Assembly (NCBI GenBank): GCA_965552055.1
Contig: CBEVQO010000006.1
Coordinates: 70,394-134,393 of the forward strand
Origin: an uncultured bacterium
Lineage (GTDB): Bacteria > Hydrothermota > UBA3073 > NMUJ01 > CBEVQO01
DNA: 64,000 nucleotides
Direction of reading: 5' to 3'
Under the pieces are notes generated by a model. It had not been told where the DNA came from. It worked only from the letters and a program-made list of their open reading frames with translations, and searched no databases. Both the position numbers and the translations under genes were made by a program. Shown here piece by piece: positions 49,500 to 59,910 of this stretch (positions are counted from its first letter, which is position 1; each line of letters opens with the position of its first letter).

Positions 49500-50692
49500 A
49501 CACCTCCTTTTTTAAGCAGGTAATACACTATGCCACCTATAATCGAAGTGCTCAAATTATCGTCAATACCCAAAGGCAAAACTTCAATTAAACCCATTAC
49601 AAATGATATGAGCAAAATTTCAATTACTTTAACAGGTAAATAATGCAGGAGAACAGTACCTATCGCAATACAGGAAGATACATAAAATAAAAAACCTTCA
49701 ACTGTTTTATGAAATAACTTTCTTTTGCCAAATTTCAATCCAAAATATTTTGCAAACATGTCTCCAAAAATCAGATAGACAAAAATAGTATAAGCAATTT
49801 CTTTTTCAAATAGCAAAAATAAAATTGTGCCACTTATCAAAAATAAAGTCATAGAACTGAATCTGTGTTTTTCTGTCTCCTTAAATCCGAGGACAAAATT
49901 TTTGAAAAGAAAAATATTTACTCCCGAATGCAAAAGACGAACAGCTTCCATTATCAAAAAGCATATCGTCACAGCACCTATTAAAGTAACTGCAAATACT
50001 TTTCCGAATAATTCATAAAATAAAATGAAAAGCAAAGCAAAAGGACGCAAATAAAAACGCCAGGGCTTTAAATGAGCGGATAAATCAGCAAAACTCAGTA
50101 AATTCCTGTCTATAATCTCATAAATACCCATGATGAGTATATATGCAATTACTATTGCAGCGAATATCAGTAAAAGCGATGAAGGTTTCCAGAAAATTAT
50201 ATCATAAAGCAACAATGGAAGGAAAAAAGCCCATGTTATAGCACCACTGTGAGTTATAGAAATAAGACAGAGAACAAAAGGCACCAGCATCGAAATTTCA
50301 ACATAAGGCAATTGATTTTCTTTTATCATCAAAAAAATATTCCTTAGCAATATTCCGACTGCAGCTGCTACACCTTTTCCTCCTCTAAATCCCAGATAAA
50401 ATGGAAAACGATGCCCAGCAATCGCACATAAGCCACTTATATACGAAATTAAAGGAGTAGCGCCTATTTTTCCACTTAACCATATTGCAATTATTCCCTT
50501 CAATGGGTCATAAACAGCTGGTATCCATGCCCATCTCCAGCCAAGCACATGCGCACAATTCATGGTACCAAGATTGCCAGAACCATGCTCCCTCAAATCA
50601 ATCCCTCTAACAAGTTTGCCAAGAAGATACGAAGGATTTAAAGAACCAAGAAAATATCCAAGTAAAATTGATATAACATCCACATAGCTCAT
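49496..50692 (-). CDS. plsY: PlsY fused to CTP-dependent kinase (dolichol/phytol kinase-like) domain
   Basis: GSGNLG, GHRFP, GGKGVA; then GDMFA, KTVEG, IDDNL. Confidence 0.8.
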   Translation of the reverse strand: MSYVDVISILLGYFLGSLNPSYLLGKLVRGIDLREHGSGNLGTMNCAHVLGWRWAWIPAVYDPLKGIIAIWLSGKIGATPLISYISGLCAIAGHRFPFYLGFRGGKGVAAAVGILLRNIFLMIKENQLPYVEISMLVPFVLCLISITHSGAITWAFFLPLLLYDIIFWKPSSLLLIFAAIVIAYILIMGIYEIIDRNLLSFADLSAHLKPWRFYLRPFALLFILFYELFGKVFAVTLIGAVTICFLIMEAVRLLHSGVNIFLFKNFVLGFKETEKHRFSSMTLFLISGTILFLLFEKEIAYTIFVYLIFGDMFAKYFGLKFGKRKLFHKTVEGFLFYVSSCIAIGTVLLHYLPVKVIEILLISFVMGLIEVLPLGIDDNLSTSIIGGIVYYLLKKGGV

Positions 50693-52233
50693 GTTTTAAA
50701 TTTTTTAAAGGCAAAGATATTTTCTACTATTGAGAACACATTATAAGCTGTCCAGTATAGCACTATTCCTGCAGGGAATCTGAAGAATATTATGGTTATG
50801 AGTATTGGCATCATGAGTGAAAATAGGCGTTGATTGGGGTCTTGAGGTGTGCCCTGTAGTTTTTGCTGTAAAAACATTAATATACCCATAATGATTGGCA
50901 GGGCAAAATAAGGGTCGGGTTGCGAAAGGTCATTTATCCAGCCCTTGATGAATACTGCTCCCCTTAATTCAAGTGTCGATTCAAGCACAGCGTAAAGAGC
51001 AAAGAAGATTGGTAACTGTATTAAAAGAGGAAGACAGCCGGAAAACGGACTTACACCATATTTCCTGTATAAATTCATAACCTCTTCATTTAATTTTCTG
51101 GGATCTTTGGCATATTTTTTCTGCAAAGCTATGATTTGAGGCTGTAATTGTTGCATTTTTTTCATAGACCTGTAGCTGTAAAGCGTAAGCGGTATGAAAA
51201 CAAGGTTCATTATAAAGGCAAAAACTATTAGCACAACGCCGTAATTCTTTATACCTTTATGAAGGAAGATTAAAAACTTAAGAATTCCTCTTGCTATTGG
51301 TCTTATCCATTTCCATCCGAAATAGCATGCATGCTCTAAGCCGATTTTATATTTTTTGAGCTGTTCATAATCAAGGGGGCCTACATAAATTTTATAATTA
51401 AAAATTCCTTCTCCTTCTGTTGCTACATGGTATGCCATTTTATAATCTATTGGGCGTAATCGGGGCTCAGGTGCACATCTACAGCCACCACCAACAAACC
51501 TCTTTGTAAATCGTTTAAATCCATAATAAGAAACTGGATTCTCAGGTATTATCGCTGACAAAAAGTATTTATTCTTAATACCAACAAAGTTTATTTTGCC
51601 ATATTCTTTTGAAAAAGAAGTATCAAGTTTAGATAAAGATATCTGTTCAGCTCCCTTACCTATTCCTATAACCGCAGAAAAATATTTGAATTCTTCTGGA
51701 GTTTTCTCTGTCTTCGACAGTCCACAATCCCAATAAATATCATACACATTTTTGCCTTCAACTTCTATTTTTAAATCCACAATGTAATCTGTATCATTAA
51801 AAGTATAAATCTTTCGATAAATCTTATCTCCTGCTCTTGTCTCGTAAATATATTTTTTATCCTTCTTCAGAACAAGTTCAAATTTCTTATCTTTTGTATT
51901 TTTATCCGTAAGTGCAACACCGCTTTTTATCAGATTTACAAAATTTCCTTTGTAATCTTTGAACTTTTTAAGAATAAAAGATTTTAATCCAGCACCTTTC
52001 CGTGTGATAACAGCAGTGTAAAGGGGAGTTTCAATTGTATCTTCTTTTGCTTCAATTTCTTCCATCACTTTTTTCTCTACAATTTTTTCTTCTTCCTTTA
52101 GTTCTTCTCTTTTTATTCTCCTTTCTACTTTTGTAACAGGTCTCTTTATTTTTCCTGTTTTTTCAAGATAATACTGCCATACCGCTACAATCAGGAATAT
52201 CAAAACCATTGCTATTAAAAAGCGTAGATTCAT
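50689..52233 (-). CDS. yidC: membrane protein insertase
   Basis: [21 protein letters not shown]. Confidence 0.96.
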   Translation of the reverse strand: MNLRFLIAMVLIFLIVAVWQYYLEKTGKIKRPVTKVERRIKREELKEEEKIVEKKVMEEIEAKEDTIETPLYTAVITRKGAGLKSFILKKFKDYKGNFVNLIKSGVALTDKNTKDKKFELVLKKDKKYIYETRAGDKIYRKIYTFNDTDYIVDLKIEVEGKNVYDIYWDCGLSKTEKTPEEFKYFSAVIGIGKGAEQISLSKLDTSFSKEYGKINFVGIKNKYFLSAIIPENPVSYYGFKRFTKRFVGGGCRCAPEPRLRPIDYKMAYHVATEGEGIFNYKIYVGPLDYEQLKKYKIGLEHACYFGWKWIRPIARGILKFLIFLHKGIKNYGVVLIVFAFIMNLVFIPLTLYSYRSMKKMQQLQPQIIALQKKYAKDPRKLNEEVMNLYRKYGVSPFSGCLPLLIQLPIFFALYAVLESTLELRGAVFIKGWINDLSQPDPYFALPIIMGILMFLQQKLQGTPQDPNQRLFSLMMPILITIIFFRFPAGIVLYWTAYNVFSIVENIFAFKKFKT

Positions 52234-52460
52234 CTTACAGGGTCGTAGCCCCCTTTGCTAAAAGGATTACATCTTAAAATCCGCCATAAACTCATAGCTC
52301 CGCCCTTTAAAACACCGTATTTCTTAATCGCTTCTATGGCATAATTTGAACATGTTGGATAAAATTTACAGGAAGGCGGTAAAACATTTCCCAGAGTCAT
52401 CTGATAAAATCTTATCATCTTTATTGCGATATCCTTTAAATCAAACTTTTGCCATCTCAT
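52230..52460 (-). CDS. yidD: membrane protein insertion efficiency factor
   Basis: [19 protein letters not shown]. Confidence 0.95.
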   Translation of the reverse strand: MRWQKFDLKDIAIKMIRFYQMTLGNVLPPSCKFYPTCSNYAIEAIKKYGVLKGGAMSLWRILRCNPFSKGGYDPVR

Positions 52461-52809
52461 TTTTTATCTTCTGCAATGCTTTTAAAAATTCTTCATGAAA
52501 ATCCCAGAAAGTCGCACAAATCGCATTCTCATTCACCAAAACAACTATATGTGCATCCGGGAATTTCTCTTTATTTTTTCTAAAAATTTCCCTTATCCAC
52601 CTTCTTATTTTATTTCTCACAACAGGTCTTCCTACTTTTCTACCCACTCTTACTGCTATTTTCTTATGTTCCGCTGGCAAATACTTGAGACAAAAATATT
52701 TAGCACCAACAGTTCTACCATTTCTCACAATCTCTGAGATTTCTTTATCACCTGTTAATCTATATTTTTTTGGAAATCCTTCTTTTTTCTCTAAACCGTT
52801 AATCTCCAT
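52441..52809 (-). CDS. rnpA: ribonuclease P protein
   Basis: [13 protein letters not shown]; rpmH-rnpA-yidD-yidC synteny. Confidence 0.92.
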   Translation of the reverse strand: MEINGLEKKEGFPKKYRLTGDKEISEIVRNGRTVGAKYFCLKYLPAEHKKIAVRVGRKVGRPVVRNKIRRWIREIFRKNKEKFPDAHIVVLVNENAICATFWDFHEEFLKALQKIKNEMAKV

Positions 52810-52931
52810 CTGCCTTTCCTTCGCCTCCTGCTCAGGATTTTCCTGCCAGACCTCGTTCTCATTCTCTTCCTGAAACCATGTTTCCTTTTCCTCTTTATCT
52901 TACTGGGTTGATATTCTCTCATTGGACTCAT
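52791..52931 (-). CDS. rpmH: 50S ribosomal protein L34
   Basis: Not in ORF track: [50 protein letters not shown] overlap with clpX. Confidence 0.95.
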   Translation of the reverse strand: MSPMREYQPSKIKRKRKHGFRKRMRTRSGRKILSRRRRKGRWRLTV

Positions 52932-54127
52932 GCCATCCTCCTTTCTTTGTAAACTTTGTAAATCGGCTTACCACTGCCTGTTATTACATCCTCTGTAATT
53001 ATACATTTTCTTACATCGGGAATTTGTGGCAATTCGTAAGCTATTTCGAGCATTTTCTCCTCGAGTATTGTTTTCAAAGCCCTTGCTCCTGTTCCCTTTT
53101 TATAAGCCAGCTCAGCAACCTTATCCAGTGCCTTTTCTTCAAAAATAAGTTCCACACCTTCTAAACTAAATAATTTCTTATATTGCTTACAAATTGCATT
53201 CTTCGGTTCTACCAGTATTCTTTTCAAATCCTCTTTTGTCAAAGGAGATAGCTCTACAACCACCGGAAATCTGCTTACAAATTCTGGAATAAAGCCATAC
53301 TTTATAAGGTCATCCGGCTCTATTTTTAAAGGTTTTTCTTCCTTCCCGTCATCAACTTCAAATCCTATTCTCTTACCTTTTACCCTTTTTTCAACAATTT
53401 CTTTTAAGCCACTAAATGTCCCTCCTCCGATGAATAAAATATTTGTTGTATCCATCGTTATGTATTCTTCTGTCTGGCGTTTCCTGTATGGCACATTTAT
53501 CTTTGTTCCTTCAATGATTTTAAGTAATGCCTGTTGAACGCCTTCACCAGATACATCTCTGCCTGTGTCCGACATCCCTGCATTCCTCCTTGCTATCTTA
53601 TCGATTTCATCGATATAAATTATTCCAATTTCTGCCTGTCGCAAATTAAAATCGGCAATTTGAAGCAAACCAGCAAGCATATTTTCAACATCTTCACCTA
53701 CATAACCTGCTTCTGTATAACGGGTAGCATCGGCGATGAAAAAAGGCACATCGAGCATCTGGGCAAGAGTACGCGCTAAAAGCGTCTTACCAACACCAGT
53801 AGGCCCTATCAGCAAAATATTTGTCTTCTCTATTTCTCTACCAGCTTTGCTGAAAACCCTTTTATAATGATTATAAACTGCAACTGACAAAACTTTTTTC
53901 GCATACTCCTGACCTATTACATACGAATCAAGGTATTTTTTAATCTCATGTGGTGGGGGTAAATTTCCTATTCTCTTAAATGCAAATTTGCCTTCTTCAT
54001 CTTCTATTTTATCTGCAAGAAATTTAACACAATCCCAGCAAATAGCACCATCACGACCTATTATCATCCTGTCATAAACTTCATAGGATGTTCTTCCACA
54101 AATTATGCATCGCTCATTTAAGGACAT
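52928..54127 (-). CDS. clpX: Clp protease ATP-binding subunit
   Basis: C4 Zn domain, [16 protein letters not shown] loop, GARAL. Confidence 0.96.
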   Translation of the reverse strand: MSLNERCIICGRTSYEVYDRMIIGRDGAICWDCVKFLADKIEDEEGKFAFKRIGNLPPPHEIKKYLDSYVIGQEYAKKVLSVAVYNHYKRVFSKAGREIEKTNILLIGPTGVGKTLLARTLAQMLDVPFFIADATRYTEAGYVGEDVENMLAGLLQIADFNLRQAEIGIIYIDEIDKIARRNAGMSDTGRDVSGEGVQQALLKIIEGTKINVPYRKRQTEEYITMDTTNILFIGGGTFSGLKEIVEKRVKGKRIGFEVDDGKEEKPLKIEPDDLIKYGFIPEFVSRFPVVVELSPLTKEDLKRILVEPKNAICKQYKKLFSLEGVELIFEEKALDKVAELAYKKGTGARALKTILEEKMLEIAYELPQIPDVRKCIITEDVITGSGKPIYKVYKERRMA

Positions 54128-54737
54128 CTTTCCTCCTCACAACTATTTTATCAACAAGACCATATTGTAAAGCTTCTTCTGCACTCATCCAGAAATTTCT
54201 ATCTGTATCCTTTTCTATTTTCTCAACAGGTTGTCCTGTATGATAGGCTAATATTTTATTTATCTCATCCCTTGTTCTCATTATTTCTTTCGCATCTATC
54301 ATTATGTCAACTGCCTGACCAACTGCTCCTCCCCTCGGCTGATGCAGCAAAAAGCGAGCATGCGGTAATGCATAACGCTTACCCTTTGTGCCAGCTGCAA
54401 ATAAAACAGCTGCCATGGAAGCAGCTATACCCATACAAATCGTAACTATATCGGGTCTCACATATTGCATAGTGTCATAAATCGCCAAACCGGCTGTAAC
54501 ATAACCACCGGGACTGTCAATATACATGTATATGTCCTTATGAGGGTCCTCGGATTCAAGAAAAAGCAGTTGCGCAATAACAGAAGCTGCTAACTGGTCC
54601 GTAATCTCACCGCCTATTATTATGATTCTGTCTTTCAACAATCTCGAGAATATATCGTATGCTCGCTCGCCCCTACCTGTTTGTTCAATAACTATTGGCA
54701 CAAGATACATCTCTCCTCCTTTAAAGTTATCAGACAT
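54114..54737 (-). CDS. clpP: Clp protease proteolytic subunit
   Basis: [15 protein letters not shown]. Confidence 0.97.
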   Translation of the reverse strand: MSDNFKGGEMYLVPIVIEQTGRGERAYDIFSRLLKDRIIIIGGEITDQLAASVIAQLLFLESEDPHKDIYMYIDSPGGYVTAGLAIYDTMQYVRPDIVTICMGIAASMAAVLFAAGTKGKRYALPHARFLLHQPRGGAVGQAVDIMIDAKEIMRTRDEINKILAYHTGQPVEKIEKDTDRNFWMSAEEALQYGLVDKIVVRRKDVLK

Positions 54738-55920
54738 AACTTATCTTGGCATTTTCAATCAAAAAGTCAATCACTTTCTCCCTGATAAAATAAGACCTCG
54801 CTGCACTTTCCAATCCCTTTTGCCTTATCTCACGCTTCAACTCCTGTAAAGTTTTTCCTTCCTCTTCAGCCCATTCTTTTAATTTTTCTTCAAATTCTTC
54901 TTCTGTTAATTCTATCTTCTCCTTTTGTGCAATTTTATCAAGTATCAGCCTTTTCCTTGCATTCCATACGCTTAATTCCTTTATCTTATCTTCGGGATAG
55001 CCCTGTTCTTTAAAATCATCTTCATAAATTTTAACAATAGATGGAGGCGGTTCAAATTTTGTTTTCTCAATTAACTTATCGATTATCTCCCTTACCGCAT
55101 TCTGACGAAATTGATGTTCCTTCCTTTGCTCCAGTCTTTTCCTGACATCTTCCCTCAATTCCTCAAAATTGTTATATCCTATTTCTTTCGCCAATTCATC
55201 ATCCGATTGCAATAATCTTTTTTCCTTTATCTCCTTTATTTTAACACTATATTCGGTGCCTCCCACATTCACCTTTACATTATCTCCGGGCATCTTTCCA
55301 ATCACTGCCTGCGATAACTCCGGTGCTATCTTTTTATCACCAACGATAAAAGCATAATTATCAACTTTCTGGGGTCTGTAAATTCCTTTCTCTTTTCCAT
55401 AAAATTCAAGGTCACATATTATCATATCTCCTTCCTTTGCTCCTCTCGTCATCACAGGAAAATACTGAGCATATTGCTCCCTCAAATTCATAATCTCCCT
55501 TTCTATCTCTTCTTCTCTAACATCCTTAGGAGGAACTTTAACTTCGATTCCCTTGTAATCTTTCTCATCAATATCAAATTCTGGCATTATCTCGTATCTT
55601 ACTTTAAATTTTAAACCTTCTTTTTCATCGAATTTCAATTCCTTAATCTCTGCCTGTGTGAGTGGGCTTATTTTCTCTTTTTGCAATGCCTTTTGATATG
55701 CATCCTGCACAACATTATTTATTGCCTTCTGCTGTATCTCTTTTCCAAATTTCTGATAAATTATCTGTGGAGGAACCCTGCCCTTTCTAAATCCTTCAAC
55801 CTGCACCGTTGCCTGATACGCAAAGATAAGATTCTGAACCTCATTCTTCACCCTGTCCACAGGTACCTTTATCTCCATCTCCTCAACGCAATCGGATATT
55901 CTTTTCCTCAAAACTTCCAT
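54730..55920 (-). CDS. tig: trigger factor
   Basis: GFRKGRVP; tig-clpP-clpX synteny; start moved to ATG 55920. Confidence 0.93.
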   Translation of the reverse strand: MEVLRKRISDCVEEMEIKVPVDRVKNEVQNLIFAYQATVQVEGFRKGRVPPQIIYQKFGKEIQQKAINNVVQDAYQKALQKEKISPLTQAEIKELKFDEKEGLKFKVRYEIMPEFDIDEKDYKGIEVKVPPKDVREEEIEREIMNLREQYAQYFPVMTRGAKEGDMIICDLEFYGKEKGIYRPQKVDNYAFIVGDKKIAPELSQAVIGKMPGDNVKVNVGGTEYSVKIKEIKEKRLLQSDDELAKEIGYNNFEELREDVRKRLEQRKEHQFRQNAVREIIDKLIEKTKFEPPPSIVKIYEDDFKEQGYPEDKIKELSVWNARKRLILDKIAQKEKIELTEEEFEEKLKEWAEEEGKTLQELKREIRQKGLESAARSYFIREKVIDFLIENAKISYV

Positions 55921-55925
55921 CCTTT

Positions 55926-55952
55926 TATTTAATCTTTTTCCCAAATTGTCAA
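55926..55952 (-). promoter_or_regulatory. tig promoter TTGACA-N15-TAAATA, ATG 5 nt downstream
   Basis: -35 55952-55947. Confidence 0.55.
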
Positions 55953-55982
55953 GGGTAAAATGAAAAAAATGGATTTTTATGT

Positions 55983-56010
55983 TTGTCATTATTATTTTGT
56001 CATTATTATT
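55983..56010 (+). repeat. tandem 14-mer TTGTCATTATTATT x2
   Basis: 55983-55996 and 55997-56010. Confidence 0.9.
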
Positions 56011-56030
56011 AAGTAGAAAAGGGAGGAAGT

Positions 56031-57059
56031 ATGAAGTACTTAGGAGTAGACGCGCATAAACGATATGTGGTGATATGTGTTGTAGACGAGTACGGTAAAG
56101 TGCGAGGATTTAAAAAACTTTACTCGCGCGAAGACATTGTGAACTTTGTGCGATCAATTAAAGATGATTGCAAGGCCGTTGTAGAAGCTGGTAGATGCTG
56201 GGGAACTATTTACGATTTACTCGAAAGAATTGAGAATGTAAAAGAAGTAGTACTTGCTAATCCATTACATGTAAAGCTTATAGCACAAAGCCAAAAGAAG
56301 ACCGATAAAATAGATGCCCACACACTTGCACAATTACTCCGGGTTAATTTAATTCCAAATGTTTATGTTCCTCCTCAAGAAACACGCTTATTAAAATATT
56401 TGTTAAGACACAGATGTTTTTTAGTCTGGCAACGAACTACAATCAAAAACAGAATTCATGTTATAATTGATAGAAATCATGTTTCTCCGCCCCCTGTCAC
56501 TAACCTATTTGGGAAATATGGGATGGAGTTTTTGAAGAATGTAAAATTGCCTGATTCTGAACGATACCTTTTAGATAGGCATTTAGAATTACTTAACATT
56601 CTAAATAAGGAAATTGAGAAAACAGAGAGAAAAATTTACAAATTTCTCCTTAAGAATAAAACTACAAAATTATTAATGTCTGTTCCCGGGATAGGAAAGT
56701 TTTTTGCTGCTCTCATTCAATTGGAGATACATGATATTAGAAGATTCCCTTCGCCTCGAAATCTCTTTTCTTATGCAGGATTGGTACCCTCTACCTATGC
56801 TTCAGGAGGTAAAATTTACCACGGAAGGTTAATTAAGTGTTGTAATAAATGGTTAAGATGGGCTTTTATAGAAGCTGCGCACTCTGCAATTCGTAGTTCT
56901 CCTTATTTTAAGAATTATTATTCAATAATGCGTGCAAAGAAAGGCTCAAGTACAGCAATAATAGCTACTGCAAGGAAATTAGCAAAAGCAGTTTATTATG
57001 TGCTTAAAGATGAGAGACCTTATGAAGAAATATATAGCCCTGACCGCCTTCAAATTTAG
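56031..57059 (+). CDS. IS110 DEDD transposase/recombinase
   Basis: GVDAH, VVEA, KTDKIDA, VPGIG, YAGLVPSTYASG, ATARKL. Confidence 0.96.
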   Translation: MKYLGVDAHKRYVVICVVDEYGKVRGFKKLYSREDIVNFVRSIKDDCKAVVEAGRCWGTIYDLLERIENVKEVVLANPLHVKLIAQSQKKTDKIDAHTLAQLLRVNLIPNVYVPPQETRLLKYLLRHRCFLVWQRTTIKNRIHVIIDRNHVSPPPVTNLFGKYGMEFLKNVKLPDSERYLLDRHLELLNILNKEIEKTERKIYKFLLKNKTTKLLMSVPGIGKFFAALIQLEIHDIRRFPSPRNLFSYAGLVPSTYASGGKIYHGRLIKCCNKWLRWAFIEAAHSAIRSSPYFKNYYSIMRAKKGSSTAIIATARKLAKAVYYVLKDERPYEEIYSPDRLQI

Positions 57060-57145
57060 TTGTCCCTTAGAGGACCTGGTCAAGGATAAGGGGTCAGGGC
57101 TCGCATACGATACGATGCGCTACAAGCGCCAAAAGAAGAATGAGC
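57036..57145 (+). ncRNA. putative bridge/seek RNA
   Basis: 10-bp stem 57036-45/57092-101 enclosing internal loop and GTCC/GGAC hairpin; second loop with GCGCT/AGCGC hairpin; loop strands match insertion flanks. Confidence 0.65.
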
Positions 57146-57163
57146 AAATTAATCATCATTATA

Positions 57164-57190
57164 ATTGTAATCGGGAAAAGGGGATGTCAA
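57164..57190 (-). promoter_or_regulatory. antisense promoter in IS right end TTGACA-N15-TACAAT
   Basis: -35 57190-57185, -10 57169-57164. Confidence 0.6.
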
Positions 57191-57230
57191 TGAATTTTCA
57201 GCTTGACTTTTTTTCAAAGAAGCTAAATCA

Positions 57231-59156
57231 TTAATCAAATCCTTCAATCATTATAAAGTTAACCTTCGGTCTTAAACTTTTATCATAATCAAATCCGAAA
57301 CAAATTTTATATTCCCTCTTATTACGCAAAAATTCATAATTAAAAAAAGCACCAAAATAAAGTTTGCTATCCCTGTATCCATCAAGCAAAGTCCAATAGT
57401 TTGTATTCTCCTGATATTCAAATAAAAAAGCAAAACTCATCTTATCCCTGAAAATATCCAGAGAAATACCATAAAAGCCACTGTTAAATTCTTCGCCTCT
57501 CAATTCCCCTATCTTCGCAGAAAAATTACACCCATATCTATTAAATGTGAAATCATAGAAAAATCTCAACATCTTATCGTAAAGGGATAAATCCTCCGAA
57601 ATTAAATCAATTTTGCCAAAATCATATTCGAGCGAAAAACCATCAAAAACTTTTTTCCTGAAAAATAAATAATTTTTGCGATAAATATCATCATACGAAA
57701 ATTTATATCCTATCGCCTCTTCTCCCAGATCAAGCATCATCCTGTTATTCATCTCGACAGGAGACAAGTCCGAAAGATTCATTTCACAATTAAACCTTAA
57801 TTTTTTTAATTTGAAATCACACCATAAATGTGAAAATTGTGAACTATCCTGTGGATAGGAATAAAGATGCAAAAATTTATTCCTTAAGTTTAAATAATAT
57901 CTCAATCTTTTACCCAGCAAAATTGATAAAGCACTTTCTCCTCTCTTCAATGTAAAAATCTTAAAATGCCGTGTTCTACAGGCTTCTATTACATTCGTCC
58001 CAGATTTTATCGCTATGCCCTTCATATCACTTGATTGCGAAAGAGAAAATGTAAATTCGGGGAAAGTAAGAAAAAGAGATATTCCCCTGCTAATCTTCAC
58101 AACAAAATTATCTGTGGCAACTTCCGATACAAAAGAGCTTAAATCTTCATTCCTCTTTGACTTTAAATTAAATTTAAATTTATTCCCACACAAAAATATA
58201 CTTCTCTCTTCAAAATCATACCTTTTCATAAAATTAACCTTACATTTTACATTTTTGAAATAAAATTTTTTTGAAAAATCATATTCGTAAAGAGCGTCAC
58301 CAAATTTTAATCTATTCTCCTTATAGCCAAGAGTAAAAGAAATATTTCTCCTGCATCCTTTGTAATGAATTTCAATTACATCGCCATCTTTCAAAACAAT
58401 ATGAGGATAAATTAAAAATTCACCTTTGTCATAATCGATCTCATAATCTTTACCCTGAATTAATTTTTTTGAATTCAAATAAATTTTTTCGCTACCCGGA
58501 ATAATTTTTTCACGCAACGAATACTTTTGTTTGCCACACTTTGCTCTCACAATTTTTACATTCTCTATCTGCGAAAATTCTACACCCGTTGTGAAATTAT
58601 AAAAAAGAAGCGATACACGATTATTGCGAAACTCAGCACACTTCCTGCCAGAAATTATCTGTAAACCACCGGATAAATCTCCAGGTGAGAAAGTTTTTTC
58701 TCCTTCACTTATATTATCAATGTTACCCCTTATAATGCAATTACCGTACCTGCCTTCCAGTGAAATCGAAGTATTGTTGTAAATTTTTAGACCTGCATCA
58801 TATCCTATACCGATTGACTTACTGCCACAAATTTTTATTTCTCCTGCTTCCGATCCATTACTTTGACAGGTCGTATCTTTAACTCCTGCTGGCTTAAAAA
58901 GAAAATATTCCTTTCTTAACCCCAAATCCAGACCTTTATAAATCACAAGAACCGTATCCCCCGGATAAATCCTTTCTTTAAAAAATATCTTATCACCTAT
59001 TAATGCAAAATCTTTACCCTCTTTCAATTCTCTATGGTTTAGCAATATCCTCAAAGAATCCTTGCAAATTATAAAATGAAAAGGATAAGGTCCTCTTATT
59101 CCTTTTCCTATTATCGTATCACAAAATATTATCTGGAAAAGAAGAATATACCCCAT
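57231..59156 (-). CDS. hypothetical outer-membrane protein
   Basis: beta-rich; IIPGSEKIYLN..GKDYEIDYDKG motif. Confidence 0.5.
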   Translation of the reverse strand: MGYILLFQIIFCDTIIGKGIRGPYPFHFIICKDSLRILLNHRELKEGKDFALIGDKIFFKERIYPGDTVLVIYKGLDLGLRKEYFLFKPAGVKDTTCQSNGSEAGEIKICGSKSIGIGYDAGLKIYNNTSISLEGRYGNCIIRGNIDNISEGEKTFSPGDLSGGLQIISGRKCAEFRNNRVSLLFYNFTTGVEFSQIENVKIVRAKCGKQKYSLREKIIPGSEKIYLNSKKLIQGKDYEIDYDKGEFLIYPHIVLKDGDVIEIHYKGCRRNISFTLGYKENRLKFGDALYEYDFSKKFYFKNVKCKVNFMKRYDFEERSIFLCGNKFKFNLKSKRNEDLSSFVSEVATDNFVVKISRGISLFLTFPEFTFSLSQSSDMKGIAIKSGTNVIEACRTRHFKIFTLKRGESALSILLGKRLRYYLNLRNKFLHLYSYPQDSSQFSHLWCDFKLKKLRFNCEMNLSDLSPVEMNNRMMLDLGEEAIGYKFSYDDIYRKNYLFFRKKVFDGFSLEYDFGKIDLISEDLSLYDKMLRFFYDFTFNRYGCNFSAKIGELRGEEFNSGFYGISLDIFRDKMSFAFLFEYQENTNYWTLLDGYRDSKLYFGAFFNYEFLRNKREYKICFGFDYDKSLRPKVNFIMIEGFD

Positions 59157-59910
59157 TTTCCGTAATTATTTTGCAAACGAAACTCAAAGGTATTTTTTCG
59201 AAATAAAAATTATAAATCCTTATATTTGTATCTTTTACATTCCAGACCTCTTTTTTATCCTTCTCATCTTCATGAAAAATAAAACTTTTTAGAAATTTAT
59301 CTTGTTCTGCAACGATATAAAACTTTTTATCGAATTCCTTTGACATAACTGCAAGAGCATAAGTTCCTATTTTATTTACGAAATACTCAGATGTTATCGC
59401 ATCAGCACCTGTTACTACACAATCAACTTCTTTCAGGAAATTAAAGATATAAGCATCCACACAAAAATGAACTTTTTTACCACATTCTAAAAGCTTTTGC
59501 GCTAAAAGCCTGCCTTCGCAAACAGGACGACCCTCAGAAAGATATACTTCGCAATCCAAATTCTTCAAAACTTCCAGCACCGTCCCACTGTAACTGTATG
59601 TCAAAATTTTCTTATAACTTTTTAACTCTTCCTTCGCATTCCTTATCAAATCTTCAATGCTTTCTTTTTTGCTTAAAAACTCAAGAACTTTATCATACCC
59701 TTCTTCAATCAACCTCTCTACATTATTACAGAGATTCAACAAAGGCGCCATCGGTTTACTTTTTCTTATTTCTTTTAACAGCTCTCTCAATTCTTCCTCT
59801 TTTATTCCCTTCTCAACCAAATTTTTCAAAAATTCTTTTGTATATCTTTTTATTTCGGATGCACCCGATTTATTATCGCTCTTTAACTTATTTAAAAACT
59901 TTTGATACAT
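59119..59910 (-). CDS. eIF-2B alpha/beta/delta-like (IF-2B) family protein
   Basis: SGASE, EGRP..EG, GADAI, NKIGT, YFEKIP. Confidence 0.85.
   Translation of the reverse strand: MYQKFLNKLKSDNKSGASEIKRYTKEFLKNLVEKGIKEEELRELLKEIRKSKPMAPLLNLCNNVERLIEEGYDKVLEFLSKKESIEDLIRNAKEELKSYKKILTYSYSGTVLEVLKNLDCEVYLSEGRPVCEGRLLAQKLLECGKKVHFCVDAYIFNFLKEVDCVVTGADAITSEYFVNKIGTYALAVMSKEFDKKFYIVAEQDKFLKSFIFHEDEKDKKEVWNVKDTNIRIYNFYFEKIPLSFVCKIITENGVYSSFPDNIL

Larger units (their letters stand above)
55956..57225 (+). mobile_element. IS110-family (IS1111-like) insertion sequence
   Basis: TA(AA) core at 55956 and 57224; sub-terminal IR TGAAAAAAA(55961-69)/TTTTTTTCA(57208-16); long 3' non-coding end. Confidence 0.8.

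Noticed and set aside
55921..55989. Longer tig N-terminus from the ORF track
   Set aside because: Extension runs through the promoter and IS left end
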